A DNA stretch of 64,000 nt from Alphaproteobacteria bacterium (GTDB lineage Bacteria > Pseudomonadota > Alphaproteobacteria > UBA828), in NCBI GenBank assembly GCA_965237415.1, contig CBDEFM010000002.1, positions 1,056,001 through 1,120,000 on the forward strand, in the 5' to 3' direction. Numbering within the stretch: the stretch's first letter is position 1; each line of letters starts with the position of its first letter. The translations under genes and the position numbers were made by a program. Below the pieces are notes generated by a model that made no database searches, had not been told where the DNA came from, and was given only the letters and a program-made list of their open reading frames with translations. Shown here piece by piece: positions 26,105-36,219 of the stretch.

Positions 26105-26770
26105 GTGAGCGCCGGCAACGAACCGGGCGGCATCGACGATTTGCCGCGCGTCATCCCCATCTTCCCGCTACCGGGGGTGATGCTGCTGCCGCGCGGGCGC
26201 CTGCCCCTCAATATCTTCGAGCCGCGCTACCTGCAAATGACCCAGGACGCGATGGCCGCGCACCGGACGATCGGCATGATGCAGCCGGCCGACCCGAAGG
26301 CCAAGCTCGACGAGCCCGAGGTTTATCCCGTCGGTTGTGCCGGCCGCATCACCTCGTTCTCCGAGACGCCGGACAATCGCTTCCTGATCACGCTCAGCGG
26401 CGTCTGCCGCTTCGCCATCGCGCGCGAGCTGGAGGCGGACGGGCTGCTCTACCGCCGCATCAGTGCGGACTACAGCCGCTTCGCCGGCGACCTGCCGGAG
26501 CCCGCGCCGCTCACCGTGGATCGCGGCCGCCTGATCCCGGCGCTCAAGTCCTATTTCGACCACAACGGGCTCACCGCCGACTGGGACGCGATCGACCGGG
26601 CCGATGACGAGGCCCTGATCACCTGCCTCGCGATGGCCTGCCCCTTCGAGCCGAACGAGAAGCAGGCGCTGCTCGAATGCTCGAGCGAGACTGAACGCGT
26701 GGCCCTGATGCAGGCGCTGTTCGAGATGGCGGCCCACGGCGCGGCCGGCCCGCGCTCGCGGATGCAGTGA
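26105..26770 (+). CDS. LON peptidase substrate-binding domain protein
   Basis: [22 protein letters not shown]. Confidence 0.9.
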   Translation: MSAGNEPGGIDDLPRVIPIFPLPGVMLLPRGRLPLNIFEPRYLQMTQDAMAAHRTIGMMQPADPKAKLDEPEVYPVGCAGRITSFSETPDNRFLITLSGVCRFAIARELEADGLLYRRISADYSRFAGDLPEPAPLTVDRGRLIPALKSYFDHNGLTADWDAIDRADDEALITCLAMACPFEPNEKQALLECSSETERVALMQALFEMAAHGAAGPRSRMQ

Positions 26771-26784
26771 GGGAGGTCGCGACG

Positions 26785-26985
26785 ATGGCGGAGGAACGGG
26801 CTACGGTCGACCCTAAGCTGCTGGAGATCCTGGTCTGCCCGCTCACCAAGGAGCCGCTCCGCTACGACGCCGAGCGTCAGGAGCTGATCAGCGACCGCGC
26901 CAAGCTGGCCTTCCCGATCCGGGACGGCATCCCGATCATGCTGCCGGACGAAGCCCGGCCGTTGGAGGAGGACGAGACCCGGTGA
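26785..26985 (+). CDS. Trm112 family protein
   Basis: [19 protein letters not shown]. Confidence 0.92.
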   Translation: MAEERATVDPKLLEILVCPLTKEPLRYDAERQELISDRAKLAFPIRDGIPIMLPDEARPLEEDETR

Positions 26986-27353
26986 GCGCGTCCTTCGACG
27001 CTCAGCCCTGGCCGGTCGAGCTTCGCTCCAAGAGCGCCGAGAAAGCCCTGGAGATCGATTTCGACGACGGTCTCAGGTGCAGCCTGCCGGCCGAGCTGCT
27101 GCGGGTGGAGAGCCCTTCGGCGGAAGTAATGGGCCACGGCGAGGGCAAGATCATCGTCCCCGGCCGCCGCCATGTCGGCATCACCCTGATCGAGCCGGTC
27201 GGCAACTACGCCGTCCGCCTCCACTTCGACGATCTGCACACCACCGGCATCTATACCTGGTCCTACCTCCGGCACCTCGCGGAGAGCCGCGATGCGATCT
27301 GGCGCACCTACCTCGATGCGCTGGAGGAGCGAGGGCTGAGCCGGGACCCGTAG
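26982..27353 (+). CDS. DUF971 / GBBH N-terminal-like protein
   Basis: [20 protein letters not shown]...FDDLH.TGIY.W.YL. Confidence 0.9.
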   Translation: MSASFDAQPWPVELRSKSAEKALEIDFDDGLRCSLPAELLRVESPSAEVMGHGEGKIIVPGRRHVGITLIEPVGNYAVRLHFDDLHTTGIYTWSYLRHLAESRDAIWRTYLDALEERGLSRDP

Positions 27354-27390
27354 GGCGTGTGCGGCCCCGAGCGGGCCGATTCAGGTCCGA

Positions 27391-28257
27391 TCAGGCTGCC
27401 TGCCTGGCTCCGGTTCGCTGGAAGATGACGTCCTCCTGGTCATCGGGGACATAGAAGTAGTCGCCCAGTCTCGGGGCATGCCCGAGATCGCCCAGGAGCC
27501 GACGCTGACGCGGCGTGCATGCATCCATGACACCGGCCATGGTGGGGAAGTCATACGCCTTCATGAACATTTGCGCGTAGTTGTAGAGCAATGATTTTCG
27601 GCCCTTCCCCGAATGATTCGGTGCCGGTCCGTGCCACAGCGCGTGACTGAACAGATAGCAATCGCCTGCCTTGCCGCCCAATTGGACAGCTCCCGGCGTG
27701 CGGGGGTTCGGGGCCGCGTCATTGTCGAACGGGATCTGCCGAAGATGGCTGCCAGGGAAGACCGTGAAATTGCCGCAGTCCGTTCCCTCGACGTCGGTGA
27801 GAAGGTACAGGGCCTTAATCGCCAGCGGATTGCTGGTTTCCGTCACGCGAATCCGCCGGAGCGCCTGCCCTCCGTCCGTGTGGGTAAAACCACGGAATTC
27901 GGTTGTGGAAGCACGGACAATTGCTTGCGACATGCTGAGCACGATGTAGGGACCCATGAGCTCAAGAATCGGGTCGAAGACGTTCGTTCGGTCCATGAGG
28001 TCCAGGAACGGCTGGGCGTAGCCCAGGATGTCCCGGCGGTCCATGAAGGATTCTGGGTCGTTCGCCGTCGCATTGTGCTCCACCCAGCCGTAATGGCCGA
28101 ACGGCAGACCCGGTAGAGGCTCCCATCCTGCCTGATGGCGCATGGAGTCGATCAGTCCGCAGTACAGCGAAACTTCCTGCGGATCCAACGCTCCCTTCAA
28201 ATGGATGAACCCGTCTACCGCCCACTGGCGGCGTTGCTCATCGGTCAACGACGGCAT
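27391..28257 (-). CDS. Phytanoyl-CoA dioxygenase (PhyH) family Fe(II)/2-oxoglutarate oxygenase
   Basis: DGFIHL, HTD (HxD), PGSH, LWHG...N...R; GGAGGA RBS. Confidence 0.88.
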   Translation of the reverse strand: MPSLTDEQRRQWAVDGFIHLKGALDPQEVSLYCGLIDSMRHQAGWEPLPGLPFGHYGWVEHNATANDPESFMDRRDILGYAQPFLDLMDRTNVFDPILELMGPYIVLSMSQAIVRASTTEFRGFTHTDGGQALRRIRVTETSNPLAIKALYLLTDVEGTDCGNFTVFPGSHLRQIPFDNDAAPNPRTPGAVQLGGKAGDCYLFSHALWHGPAPNHSGKGRKSLLYNYAQMFMKAYDFPTMAGVMDACTPRQRRLLGDLGHAPRLGDYFYVPDDQEDVIFQRTGARQAA

Positions 28258-28400
28258 GGCGCGGTCCTCCTCCGGTTCGGAGCACAAGATACGACGCGAG
28301 GATGATGCCATTCCCGACTTCGACGGTATAGGTCGTTGGGGGGATGGTTCGTCCTGCGCGCTCGCCGACGGGCTGCAGACGGCCGTGCCTTGGCGCGCGG

Positions 28401-29621
28401 TCAGGCGCGCGCAGACGGCCCGTAGGCCAGATACATGGGCTCGCCCTCTGCGAAGCGCGAGGGCCTGAGCGGGCGGATGTCGAAGGGCGATTCGGCCTCG
28501 AGCACGGCCGCGGCAACACACTCGCCGACCGCCGGCGAAAGCTTTAGCCCGTGCCCGGAGAAGCCGGCGGCGAGATAGAGCCCGTCGAGCCCCGGCGCCC
28601 AGCCCAGGATCGGGTGGAAGTCGGGCGTGATGTCGTAGGCGCCCGAGACCGTGCGCACGACCTTGGCATCGACGAAATCCGGCAGCCGCTCGGCAAGCGC
28701 CTTGTCGAGGCGCGTCCGGTGGCGGGCCTCGTCCTCCGCCGACGCAGGCGCGACGGGGTCCGTGACCTCGGGCATCTCGTTGGGATAGGCGACCGCCAGC
28801 AGATAGGGCCCCATGTCGGGGCGCATCACCACGTTGGAGTTGCCGTCGGTGATGCAGGTGCGGATCGTGGGCCGGCCCGGCGGCTGTTCGAGATAGGCCA
28901 TGTCGAGGCGACGGCGCTCGATTGGCGCATCGATGCCGATCGGTGCCAGCAGGTCGGTGGTCCAGGCACCGGCCGCGCAGATCACCACGGGAGCCTCGAT
29001 GCGGCCCTTTGCGGTGTCCACGCCCACGACCCTGCCGTCCGCCGTGGCGATCCCCTCCACCCGGAGTCCCGAATGAAGCGTCGCGCCTGCCGCCTGCGCC
29101 GCGCCGAGCCAGCTCAGCACCATGCGGGTCACGTCGATGTAACCGCCGTTGGGCTCGTAGGCGCCTCCGGCGAGATCGTCGGTGGCGAGCGCCGGTTCCA
29201 GCGCCTTGATCTCGTCGGGGCTGGCGAAGCGCGTGTCAACGCCGAGCTGGCGGCCGAGATCGACGTTGCGCCTACAGGCCTCCACCTGCGCCTCGACGAC
29301 GAGCAGCATGTAGCCGAGCTTCACGTAGCCGGGGTCGCCGACGCCAACCTCCGCCTGCCAGTTGTTCAGCACCTCGAAGCCTCGAATGGCCATCTCGACC
29401 ATCAGCGCGTTCGAGTAGTGCTGGCGGATCTGCCCGAATGTGCGGCCAGACATGCCGCCGACCGGGGGCCGCTCGTCGACCACCACGACCTTGCGGTCCG
29501 ACCGCCGCGTGAGCTGAAAGGCGATGCTCGCCCCCATGATCCCCGCGCCGATCACCACGATGTCGGCGGCGCCCAGCCGCTCCCTGCCACGCACCGTCAT
29601 CTCCGCTCCGCCGTCCGTCAT
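28401..29621 (-). CDS. FAD-dependent amine/amino-acid oxidoreductase (DAO / sarcosine oxidase beta-like)
   Basis: VIGAGIMG, AAGAW, YDITPD..PILG, GFSGHGLK. Confidence 0.92.
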   Translation of the reverse strand: MTDGGAEMTVRGRERLGAADIVVIGAGIMGASIAFQLTRRSDRKVVVVDERPPVGGMSGRTFGQIRQHYSNALMVEMAIRGFEVLNNWQAEVGVGDPGYVKLGYMLLVVEAQVEACRRNVDLGRQLGVDTRFASPDEIKALEPALATDDLAGGAYEPNGGYIDVTRMVLSWLGAAQAAGATLHSGLRVEGIATADGRVVGVDTAKGRIEAPVVICAAGAWTTDLLAPIGIDAPIERRRLDMAYLEQPPGRPTIRTCITDGNSNVVMRPDMGPYLLAVAYPNEMPEVTDPVAPASAEDEARHRTRLDKALAERLPDFVDAKVVRTVSGAYDITPDFHPILGWAPGLDGLYLAAGFSGHGLKLSPAVGECVAAAVLEAESPFDIRPLRPSRFAEGEPMYLAYGPSARA

Positions 29622-29782
29622 CGCCAGGCCCCCACCGGGCGCGGGAGACTAGCACGCGCCGCCTGGCGGCGGTTAGGATCGCGGGCTATCGGGCGTGGCA
29701 GACGTGAAGACCGCGGAGATTGCCACATGACCGACCACCGGCGGCGATCACCGCCTCGGCCGTAGTCTAACGGGGCCACCCA

Positions 29783-30586
29783 GTGCCTCGCACCGCCGGC
29801 GGCCCGCCCGTACTCCAGGTGAGGGACGTGCGCACGCGCTTCCGCACCCAGGGCGGCGGCATGGTGCACGCGGTCAACGGCATCAGCTTCGACCTGCACG
29901 AGGGCGAATTGCTGGGCGTGGTGGGCGAGAGCGGATCGGGCAAGAGCGTGACCATGCTCTCGCTGCTCAGGCTGCTCCCCATGCCGCCGGCCGAGATCGT
30001 CTCTGGCCAGGCGCCGCTCGACGGCGAGGACCTGCTCGCGCTCGACCCGGCACGGCTTCGCCACGTGCGCGGTGCAAAGGTCGGGTTCGTCTTCCAGGAC
30101 CCGATGGCCTCCCTGAACCCGGCACTCAGTGTCGGCTACCAGCTCACCGACCTCGCGAGCTTCTGGGTGCAGATCAAGCAGATGGCGATGCCGGTGATGG
30201 TGCTCGCGCTCTTCAACGCGGCGCAGATCAGCCGCTTCATGCGTGCCGCCGTGCTCGACAATCTGACGCAGGATTATGTGCGCACCGCCCGCGCCAAGGG
30301 CCTGCGCGAGAGGGTCGTGCTGTTCATCCACGTGCTGCGCAACAGCCTGATTCCGGTGGTAACCCTGATCGCGCTCGGCATCCCCACCGTCTTCGGCGGC
30401 GCCATCATCACCGAGAAGATATTTCGGGTGAACGGTATCGGCGAGCTTCTTATCACCGCCATTCAGGGCGCCGACATTCCCCTGGTGCAGACGCTCTCGT
30501 TCCTCTTCACGGTGCTGATCGTGCTCTTCAACCTGATCGCGGACGTGCTCTACGGCGTCCTCGATCCGCGCATCCGCTACGGCTGA
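29783..30586 (+). pseudogene. In-frame chimera: N-terminal OppD/DppD ATPase fragment fused to C-terminal OppB/DppB permease fragment
   Basis: GESGSGKS and FQDP present but no signature or Walker B motif; after about 30150, DYVRTARAKGL and LYGVLDPRI of OppB. Confidence 0.85.
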
Positions 30587-30589
30587 GCG

Positions 30590-31519
30590 ATGCCGACGAC
30601 CTCCTCAGGCAGCCTTGGCAGCCCGTCGCGCGCGACAGGGCGTCACCGCTCGCTCTGGATGGATGTCTGGCTCGCCTTCCGCAACCACACCGGCGCGCTG
30701 GCTGGCGCCGGAGTCTTTCTCTCAATCTCACTGGCGGTCGCCATCGGCCCGCTCATCCATACCGTGGACCCCCACTATCTCGACATCCTGGCGAAGAACC
30801 AGGGCCCCTCACTCGCGCACCCGATGGGGACCGACAACTTCGGCCGCGACACGCTCGCCCAGATGCTGGCGGGGGGCCGCATATCGCTCGCCGTCGGCTT
30901 CACCGCGATGCTGATCTCGCTGGTGCTCGGCACCCTGGTGGGCGTGTTCGCCGGCTTCTTCAGAGGGCTCGACGGCCTTCTGATGCGGCTCACCGACATG
31001 TTCCTGGCGCTGCCGCTGCTGCCGCTGCTGCTGGTCGTCATCATGCTGTTCCGCGACAGCCTGCGCGGCGCCTTCGGCCCGGAGACCGGAATCTTCCCGC
31101 TGGTGGTGTTCATCATCGGCATCACCAGCTGGATGCAGACCGCGCGCATCGTGCGCGGCGACGTGCTGGCGCTCCGGGAGCGCGAGTTCGTGACCGCCGC
31201 GCGCAGCATCGGCACGCGCAGGCGGCGCATCATCACCCGTCACATCCTGCCCAATGTGCTGAGCCCGATCATGGTGTCTGCGACGCTCGGCATCGCCAAC
31301 GCGATCATCATCGAATCGGCGCTCTCGTTCCTCGGGCTGGGCTTCCCGCCGGACTTCCCGACTTGGGGGCGGCTGCTCTTCGACGGCGCCAACTTCATTT
31401 CCGTCACGCCGGCGCGCGTGCTCTGGCCCGGCTTGGCGATCTCGCTCACGGTGCTGAGCGTCAACTACATCGGCGACGGTCTGCGCGACGCACTCGACCC
31501 ACGCCTCCGGGGCGCATAA
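30590..31519 (+). CDS. Oligopeptide/dipeptide ABC permease OppC/DppC
   Basis: HPMGTDNFGRD, RHILPN, ESALSFLGLG, GDGLRDALDP. Confidence 0.93.
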   Translation: MPTTSSGSLGSPSRATGRHRSLWMDVWLAFRNHTGALAGAGVFLSISLAVAIGPLIHTVDPHYLDILAKNQGPSLAHPMGTDNFGRDTLAQMLAGGRISLAVGFTAMLISLVLGTLVGVFAGFFRGLDGLLMRLTDMFLALPLLPLLLVVIMLFRDSLRGAFGPETGIFPLVVFIIGITSWMQTARIVRGDVLALREREFVTAARSIGTRRRRIITRHILPNVLSPIMVSATLGIANAIIIESALSFLGLGFPPDFPTWGRLLFDGANFISVTPARVLWPGLAISLTVLSVNYIGDGLRDALDPRLRGA

Positions 31520-31522
31520 AGC

Positions 31523-32332
31523 CTATCTGTACGGCGAAAGGTCGACCGGCAGGTCGTAGGCCTCCCGCAGGCGCCGGTACTTGCCGGTGGCGACCATGGC
31601 GGCGACGGCGTGCTCGACCGCGTGATGGAGCTTGTCGTTGTCCTTCTTGATGGCGAAGCCCACCTCGCGCACCGGGCGGAACACACCTTCCACGAGATGG
31701 GTGCGGGATTCGGGGTCGGCGGTGATCGCCACCGCGCTCACGGTCTGGACGAAGTAGCCCTGCGCGTGCCCCATGGAGACCGGGAAGTGGGTCCAGCGGT
31801 GGTGGGGGAAGGAGTGGACGTGCATCGGCGCGCGGCCCGCTTCCTCGAACTTTCGGTTGAGGGCGTGGGCGAAGCGCTCCGCGCTCGAGCCCGACGTGAC
31901 CGAGGCGACCCGGCCGCTCAGGTCGTCCACCGCCTTGATGCGGAACGGATTGCCCCTGAGCACCATCAGGTGATCGCCGACGACCAGATACGGCACGGTC
32001 TTGATGCCTGCCGGCTCCTCCTCCATGGCGAGGGTGTTGGCGACGTCAACCTCGCCCGCCGCAAGCGCCGCCGCCAGTTTCGCGCGCGGCAGGCGGACGA
32101 CCTCTAGCGCGAGGCCGTGGGCCTCAGCGACGGCCTGCGCCATCTCGACCTCGAAGCCGCGCAGTACGCCATCCTTCTTGAAGGCGAAGGGCTGGCCGGT
32201 CAGCGCGATGCCAACGGTCAGCGTGCCCTCGGTGTGCAGGGCCTCGTTCAGATCGACGTAGTGCGCCGAAGCCGCCGGGGCTGCAACGAGCGCGAGCAAG
32301 ATCAGGGCGAGCCTCTGGAACCTGCGTGCCAT
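31523..32332 (-). CDS. Polar amino-acid ABC substrate-binding protein (family 3), stand-alone
   Basis: Signal peptide; GTLTVG...PF...GFEVE, GEVDV, M.ATGKY. Confidence 0.8.
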   Translation of the reverse strand: MARRFQRLALILLALVAAPAASAHYVDLNEALHTEGTLTVGIALTGQPFAFKKDGVLRGFEVEMAQAVAEAHGLALEVVRLPRAKLAAALAAGEVDVANTLAMEEEPAGIKTVPYLVVGDHLMVLRGNPFRIKAVDDLSGRVASVTSGSSAERFAHALNRKFEEAGRAPMHVHSFPHHRWTHFPVSMGHAQGYFVQTVSAVAITADPESRTHLVEGVFRPVREVGFAIKKDNDKLHHAVEHAVAAMVATGKYRRLREAYDLPVDLSPYR

Positions 32333-32346
32333 GGGTGTCCCCTTCA

Positions 32347-33603
32347 TCATTGTCCTTCGGGCGGGGCCGCATCGCCCGCGTCGGCGTTCGCGTCTAAGTC
32401 CGCGTCGCGCGAGGGCTTCGGTCCCGCACCCCGGTGCACCAGCGCGGCAAGCAGCTCGGCGGCTCCGATCACGCCAATCAACCGGCCCCCGCCGTCGAGC
32501 AGCGGCATCGCCCGCCCGGTCTCGTGGCGCACCTCCAGCGCGGTGCGCATGGTCGTCTCGGCGCTGCCAGCAATGATCTCCCCATTGCCGAGCGCGCCGA
32601 GGTCGAGATCCTCGCGGTAGGGCACCAGTTGCGCGGGCGTCCCTTCCAGGGAGAGCGCCTCGGGCCGCCCTTCGCCGTCCAGTCTGCAAAACATGGCCGA
32701 TGCGTCGTCGAGTAAGTGAATGCCGTCCTCGTTGCGGAGCGACGCGAGCGGCCGCATCAGAGAGACTCCCCGCAACACGTTGAGCGGGTTCACGTTGGCG
32801 ACGAACTGACGCACGTACTCGTTCTCAGGCTCGGTGACGATCTGCTCCGGCGGGCCGACCTGGATAATGCGCCCGCCCTCCATGATGGCGATCCGCGTGC
32901 CGATCTTGAGCGCCTCGTCGAGGTCGTGGCTCACGAACAGGATGGTCCGACGCAGCGTCTGCTGCAACGCGAGCAACTCGTCCTGCAGGCGCTCGCGGAT
33001 CAGGGGATCGAGGGCCGAGAAGGGCTCGTCCATCAGCAGGATTTCGGCATCGGTCGCGAACGCGCGCGCGAGGCCCACGCGTTGCTGCATTCCGCCTGAA
33101 AGCTCGTGCGGGTAGTGGTCGAGCCAGGAGCCGAGCCCCACCTGTTCGAGAACCTCCACCACGCGCTCGCGGCGCTCGGCCTTAGGCACGCCGCGCACTT
33201 CGAGCCCGAAGGCGACATTGGCTGCGATGGTCCGCCACGGCATCAGCGCGAATTGCTGAAAGACCATGGAGACGCGGTTCATGCGGAGCCTCCGCATCAG
33301 CTTGGGATCGCAGTCGGTGACGTCGACTTGCCTGCCGCCGTCGTCGATCAGCACGCGGCCTCGCGTCGCTTGATTGAGACCGTTGACGCAGCGGAGAAGG
33401 GTCGACTTGCCCGAGCCCGAAAGCCCCATGAGGACAAAGATTTCGCCGGCCTCGACCTGAAGCGACGCGTTTTGCACGCCCACCACCTGGCCTGTCTCTT
33501 CGAAGATGCGGTCCTTGTCCGCGCCGGCATCGAGCAGCGCCAGCGCCTCCTTGACCCCCCGGCCGAAGATGACGTCGACCCGATCGAAGGTGATAACGGC
33601 CAT
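32347..33603 (-). CDS. choV: Choline/betaine ABC ATP-binding protein
   Basis: MGLSGSGKSTL, LSGGMQQRVGLARA, FVANVNPLNVL; operon with choXW. Confidence 0.88.
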   Translation of the reverse strand: MAVITFDRVDVIFGRGVKEALALLDAGADKDRIFEETGQVVGVQNASLQVEAGEIFVLMGLSGSGKSTLLRCVNGLNQATRGRVLIDDGGRQVDVTDCDPKLMRRLRMNRVSMVFQQFALMPWRTIAANVAFGLEVRGVPKAERRERVVEVLEQVGLGSWLDHYPHELSGGMQQRVGLARAFATDAEILLMDEPFSALDPLIRERLQDELLALQQTLRRTILFVSHDLDEALKIGTRIAIMEGGRIIQVGPPEQIVTEPENEYVRQFVANVNPLNVLRGVSLMRPLASLRNEDGIHLLDDASAMFCRLDGEGRPEALSLEGTPAQLVPYREDLDLGALGNGEIIAGSAETTMRTALEVRHETGRAMPLLDGGGRLIGVIGAAELLAALVHRGAGPKPSRDADLDANADAGDAAPPEGQ

Positions 33604-34475
33604 CAGCGTGTGGCGGTGCCGCCCCTGCCCTTGCGCCCCTCGGCCTGCTTCAGGATGCGGTCGAGCACGATGGCGACGATCACGATGGCCAATCCTGCCT
33701 CGAAGCCCTGCGCGACATTGACCGTGGTGAGCGCGCGCACCACTGGCACGCCGAGCCCGTCGGCGCCGACGAGGGCCGCGATCACCACCATCGAGAGCGA
33801 GAGCATGATGCACTGGGTGATGCCCTGCATGATTGTCGGCATCGCGTGGGGAAGCTCGACCTTGAGCAGGAGCTGCGTGTCGCTGGCGCCGAAGGCGCGG
33901 CCCGCCTCCAACAGCGGCCGCGGTGCGCTCGAGATGCCGAGATGAGTGAGGCGGATCGGCGCCGGAATGGCGAAGATGACGGTGGAAATAAGGCCCGGTA
34001 CCAGGCCCAGCCCGAAGAAGGTCAGCGTCGGGATCAGATAGACGAAGGGCGGAATGGTCTGCATCAGATCGAGGATCGGCCGCAACATCCTGAAGAGCCA
34101 CGGCCGGTGCGCCGCCGCGATGCCGACGGGCACGCCGACCAGGATGCACACGATCGTGGACGCTGAGACGAGCGCCAGCGTGAACAGCATCTCGTCCCAG
34201 TAGCCGATGTTGAGGATGAGCAGCAGCCCGATCACCACGCCGACCACGAGCACGATGCTGCGGTGCAGCCAATAGGCCAGACCGGCGACGAGAGCGATGA
34301 AGAGAAGCGGCGGAATCAGGTCCAGGAAGTAGGCGAACGCGTCGAGCAACCACCCTATGGCGTCGGAGAAGGCTCGGAGCTCGTGGAAGAAGTTGTCCTT
34401 GATGTACTCGATTGCGTTGGCGACCAACTTGCCGATCGGTACTTTCTCGGTAAGGACTCCGAGATCGGTGCCCAT
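33603..34475 (-). CDS. choW: Choline/betaine ABC permease
   Basis: LDLMQT.P.FVYLIP, KVELP, LSLSMVVIAALVGA. Confidence 0.88.
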   Translation of the reverse strand: MGTDLGVLTEKVPIGKLVANAIEYIKDNFFHELRAFSDAIGWLLDAFAYFLDLIPPLLFIALVAGLAYWLHRSIVLVVGVVIGLLLILNIGYWDEMLFTLALVSASTIVCILVGVPVGIAAAHRPWLFRMLRPILDLMQTIPPFVYLIPTLTFFGLGLVPGLISTVIFAIPAPIRLTHLGISSAPRPLLEAGRAFGASDTQLLLKVELPHAMPTIMQGITQCIMLSLSMVVIAALVGADGLGVPVVRALTTVNVAQGFEAGLAIVIVAIVLDRILKQAEGRKGRGGTATR

Positions 34476-34572
34476 GACGCCCCTCCCCGACCGGACGGGG
34501 CAGGCGGCCGGCGCCTCTCAGCGCCGACCGCCCGCGTCTTCAGCCCCGTTGGACCGCCCGCGTAATCGGCCG

Positions 34573-35523
34573 CTACATGTTGAGATGGGCCTTCACGGCG
34601 GCAGCACCATCCTGGCCGTCCAGCGTGGTCACGCCTTGGAGCCACTCGTCGACCAGCTCTGGGTGCATCTCGACGAGCTTCCGGGCGGCCGCCTGCGGGT
34701 CCATCCCGTCGTCGAGCATATAGCCCATCATCTCGTTCTCAAGCGCCAACGAGAACCGCATGTTCTGCAACATGGCGCCTACGTTCGGGCAGGCCTCGGT
34801 ATAGCCGGCGTGGGCCAGCGTGTAGACCGTGGCGCCACCGAAGTTGGCCCCGAAGTAGTCGTCGCCACCGTCGAGGTAGCTCATGTCGAAGCGCCGGTTC
34901 ATCGGGTGCGGCTCCCAACCGAGGAAGGCGATCCACTCGTCGCTCCTCACCGCGCGCTCGACCTGGGACAGCATGCCCTGCTCGCTCGACTCCACGACCT
35001 CGAAGCCGCTGAGGCCGAAGGCATCGGTGTCGATCATGCTTTGGATAATCATGTTGCCGTCATTGCCGGGCTCGATGCCGTAGATCTTACCGTCGAACTT
35101 GTCGGCATGCGCGGCGATATCGCCGAAGGTCTTGACCCCGGCCTCGTGGACGTAGGTGGGCACGGCGAGGGTGTACTTGGCTCCCTCGAGATTGACGCCC
35201 ACCTTCTCGATGGTGCCGTCGTTGAAATAGGGGTCGATCATGCTCTGCTGGGTCGGCAGCCAAAGGCCGAGGAAGGCGTCGATGTCGCCGTTGGAGAGGC
35301 TGGCGAAAGTCACCGGCACCGAAAGCACGGTCGCCTTGGGCTCATAGCCGAGCCCCTCGAGGACGGTGGTGGCTACGGCTGTCGTCGCCGTGATGCAGCT
35401 CCAGCCCACGTCGGAGAACCCCACCTCCTTGCAGGTGTCGGCATCGTCGGCATAGGCATTGCCCGCCATGGCCGCGGCACCCATGGCGATGGCGGCGATT
35501 GCGGATGTCATCCGAATGTGCAT
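34573..35523 (-). CDS. choX: Choline ABC substrate-binding protein
   Basis: SDVGW, LSVPVTF, GAKYTLAVP, YGIEPGNDGN, GWEPHPMN; divergent from betI. Confidence 0.9.
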   Translation of the reverse strand: MHIRMTSAIAAIAMGAAAMAGNAYADDADTCKEVGFSDVGWSCITATTAVATTVLEGLGYEPKATVLSVPVTFASLSNGDIDAFLGLWLPTQQSMIDPYFNDGTIEKVGVNLEGAKYTLAVPTYVHEAGVKTFGDIAAHADKFDGKIYGIEPGNDGNMIIQSMIDTDAFGLSGFEVVESSEQGMLSQVERAVRSDEWIAFLGWEPHPMNRRFDMSYLDGGDDYFGANFGGATVYTLAHAGYTEACPNVGAMLQNMRFSLALENEMMGYMLDDGMDPQAAARKLVEMHPELVDEWLQGVTTLDGQDGAAAVKAHLNM

Positions 35524-35573
35524 TGCACCCTCCCTGAAGCTCGATACGCTCTACCGACTTTCGCAACTTTTTC

Positions 35574-35600
35574 TTGATTGGTCAACCAACCAAATATAAT
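35574..35600. promoter_or_regulatory. Putative BetI operator overlapping a -10 box in the choX/betI divergent region
   Basis: Imperfect palindrome ttgattgg-tcaa-ccaaccaa followed by TATAAT (35595-35600). Confidence 0.65.
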
Positions 35601-35622
35601 GACGGGGATACAGGAGTAGCCG

Positions 35623-36204
35623 ATGCCAAAGATCGGAATGGCGCCCGTGCGCCGGCGCGCCTTCGTCGAAGCCGCCATCAGGAGCATTCACGACCGTGGG
35701 TTCGTCGACCTCACCACGGGCGACGTCGCGCGGGAGGCCGGGCTCTCCCAGGGGCTCGTTCACCACTACTTCGGCTCCAAGAGCGCCCTGATCCTCGCCA
35801 CCATGCGCCACCTCCTCATCGAATTCGGCGCGGGAATCAGGGAACGTTTGCGCGAAGCCAAGACTCCGCGGGAGCGGCTTACAGCGATCGTCGACGGCAG
35901 CTTCTGCGACGAGCAGCTTCGGCCCGAGGTGATCTCCGCCTGGCTCACGTTCTACGTGCAGGCCCATAGGGAGCCAGCGGTGCGCCGGCTGCTGCACATC
36001 TATGCGCGCCGGCTGATCAGCAACCTGCGCCACGAGTACCGGCGCCTGCCGACGCGCGAGTCGGCGGAAGTCGCCGCCGAATCCACCGCCGCCATGATCG
36101 ACGGGCTGTGGCTGCGCCGCGTGCTCGGCGACGCGGAGCCCTGCGGCGATAGCGCGATTGCGATCATGGAAGCGCATATCGACAGCCAGCTCGGGCCGCG
36201 CTGA
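35623..36204 (+). CDS. betI: TetR-family choline-responsive repressor BetI
   Basis: MPKIGM..RR, HHYFGSK, WL.FY, RRL.SNL, AMIDGLWLR. Confidence 0.93.
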   Translation: MPKIGMAPVRRRAFVEAAIRSIHDRGFVDLTTGDVAREAGLSQGLVHHYFGSKSALILATMRHLLIEFGAGIRERLREAKTPRERLTAIVDGSFCDEQLRPEVISAWLTFYVQAHREPAVRRLLHIYARRLISNLRHEYRRLPTRESAEVAAESTAAMIDGLWLRRVLGDAEPCGDSAIAIMEAHIDSQLGPR

Positions 36205-36219
36205 GCGGCGGCGGCACGC

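Noticed and set aside
25191-27353. ybbN-LON_N-Trm112-DUF971 cluster as a novel system
   Set aside because: A common conserved alphaproteobacterial arrangement with host-like composition
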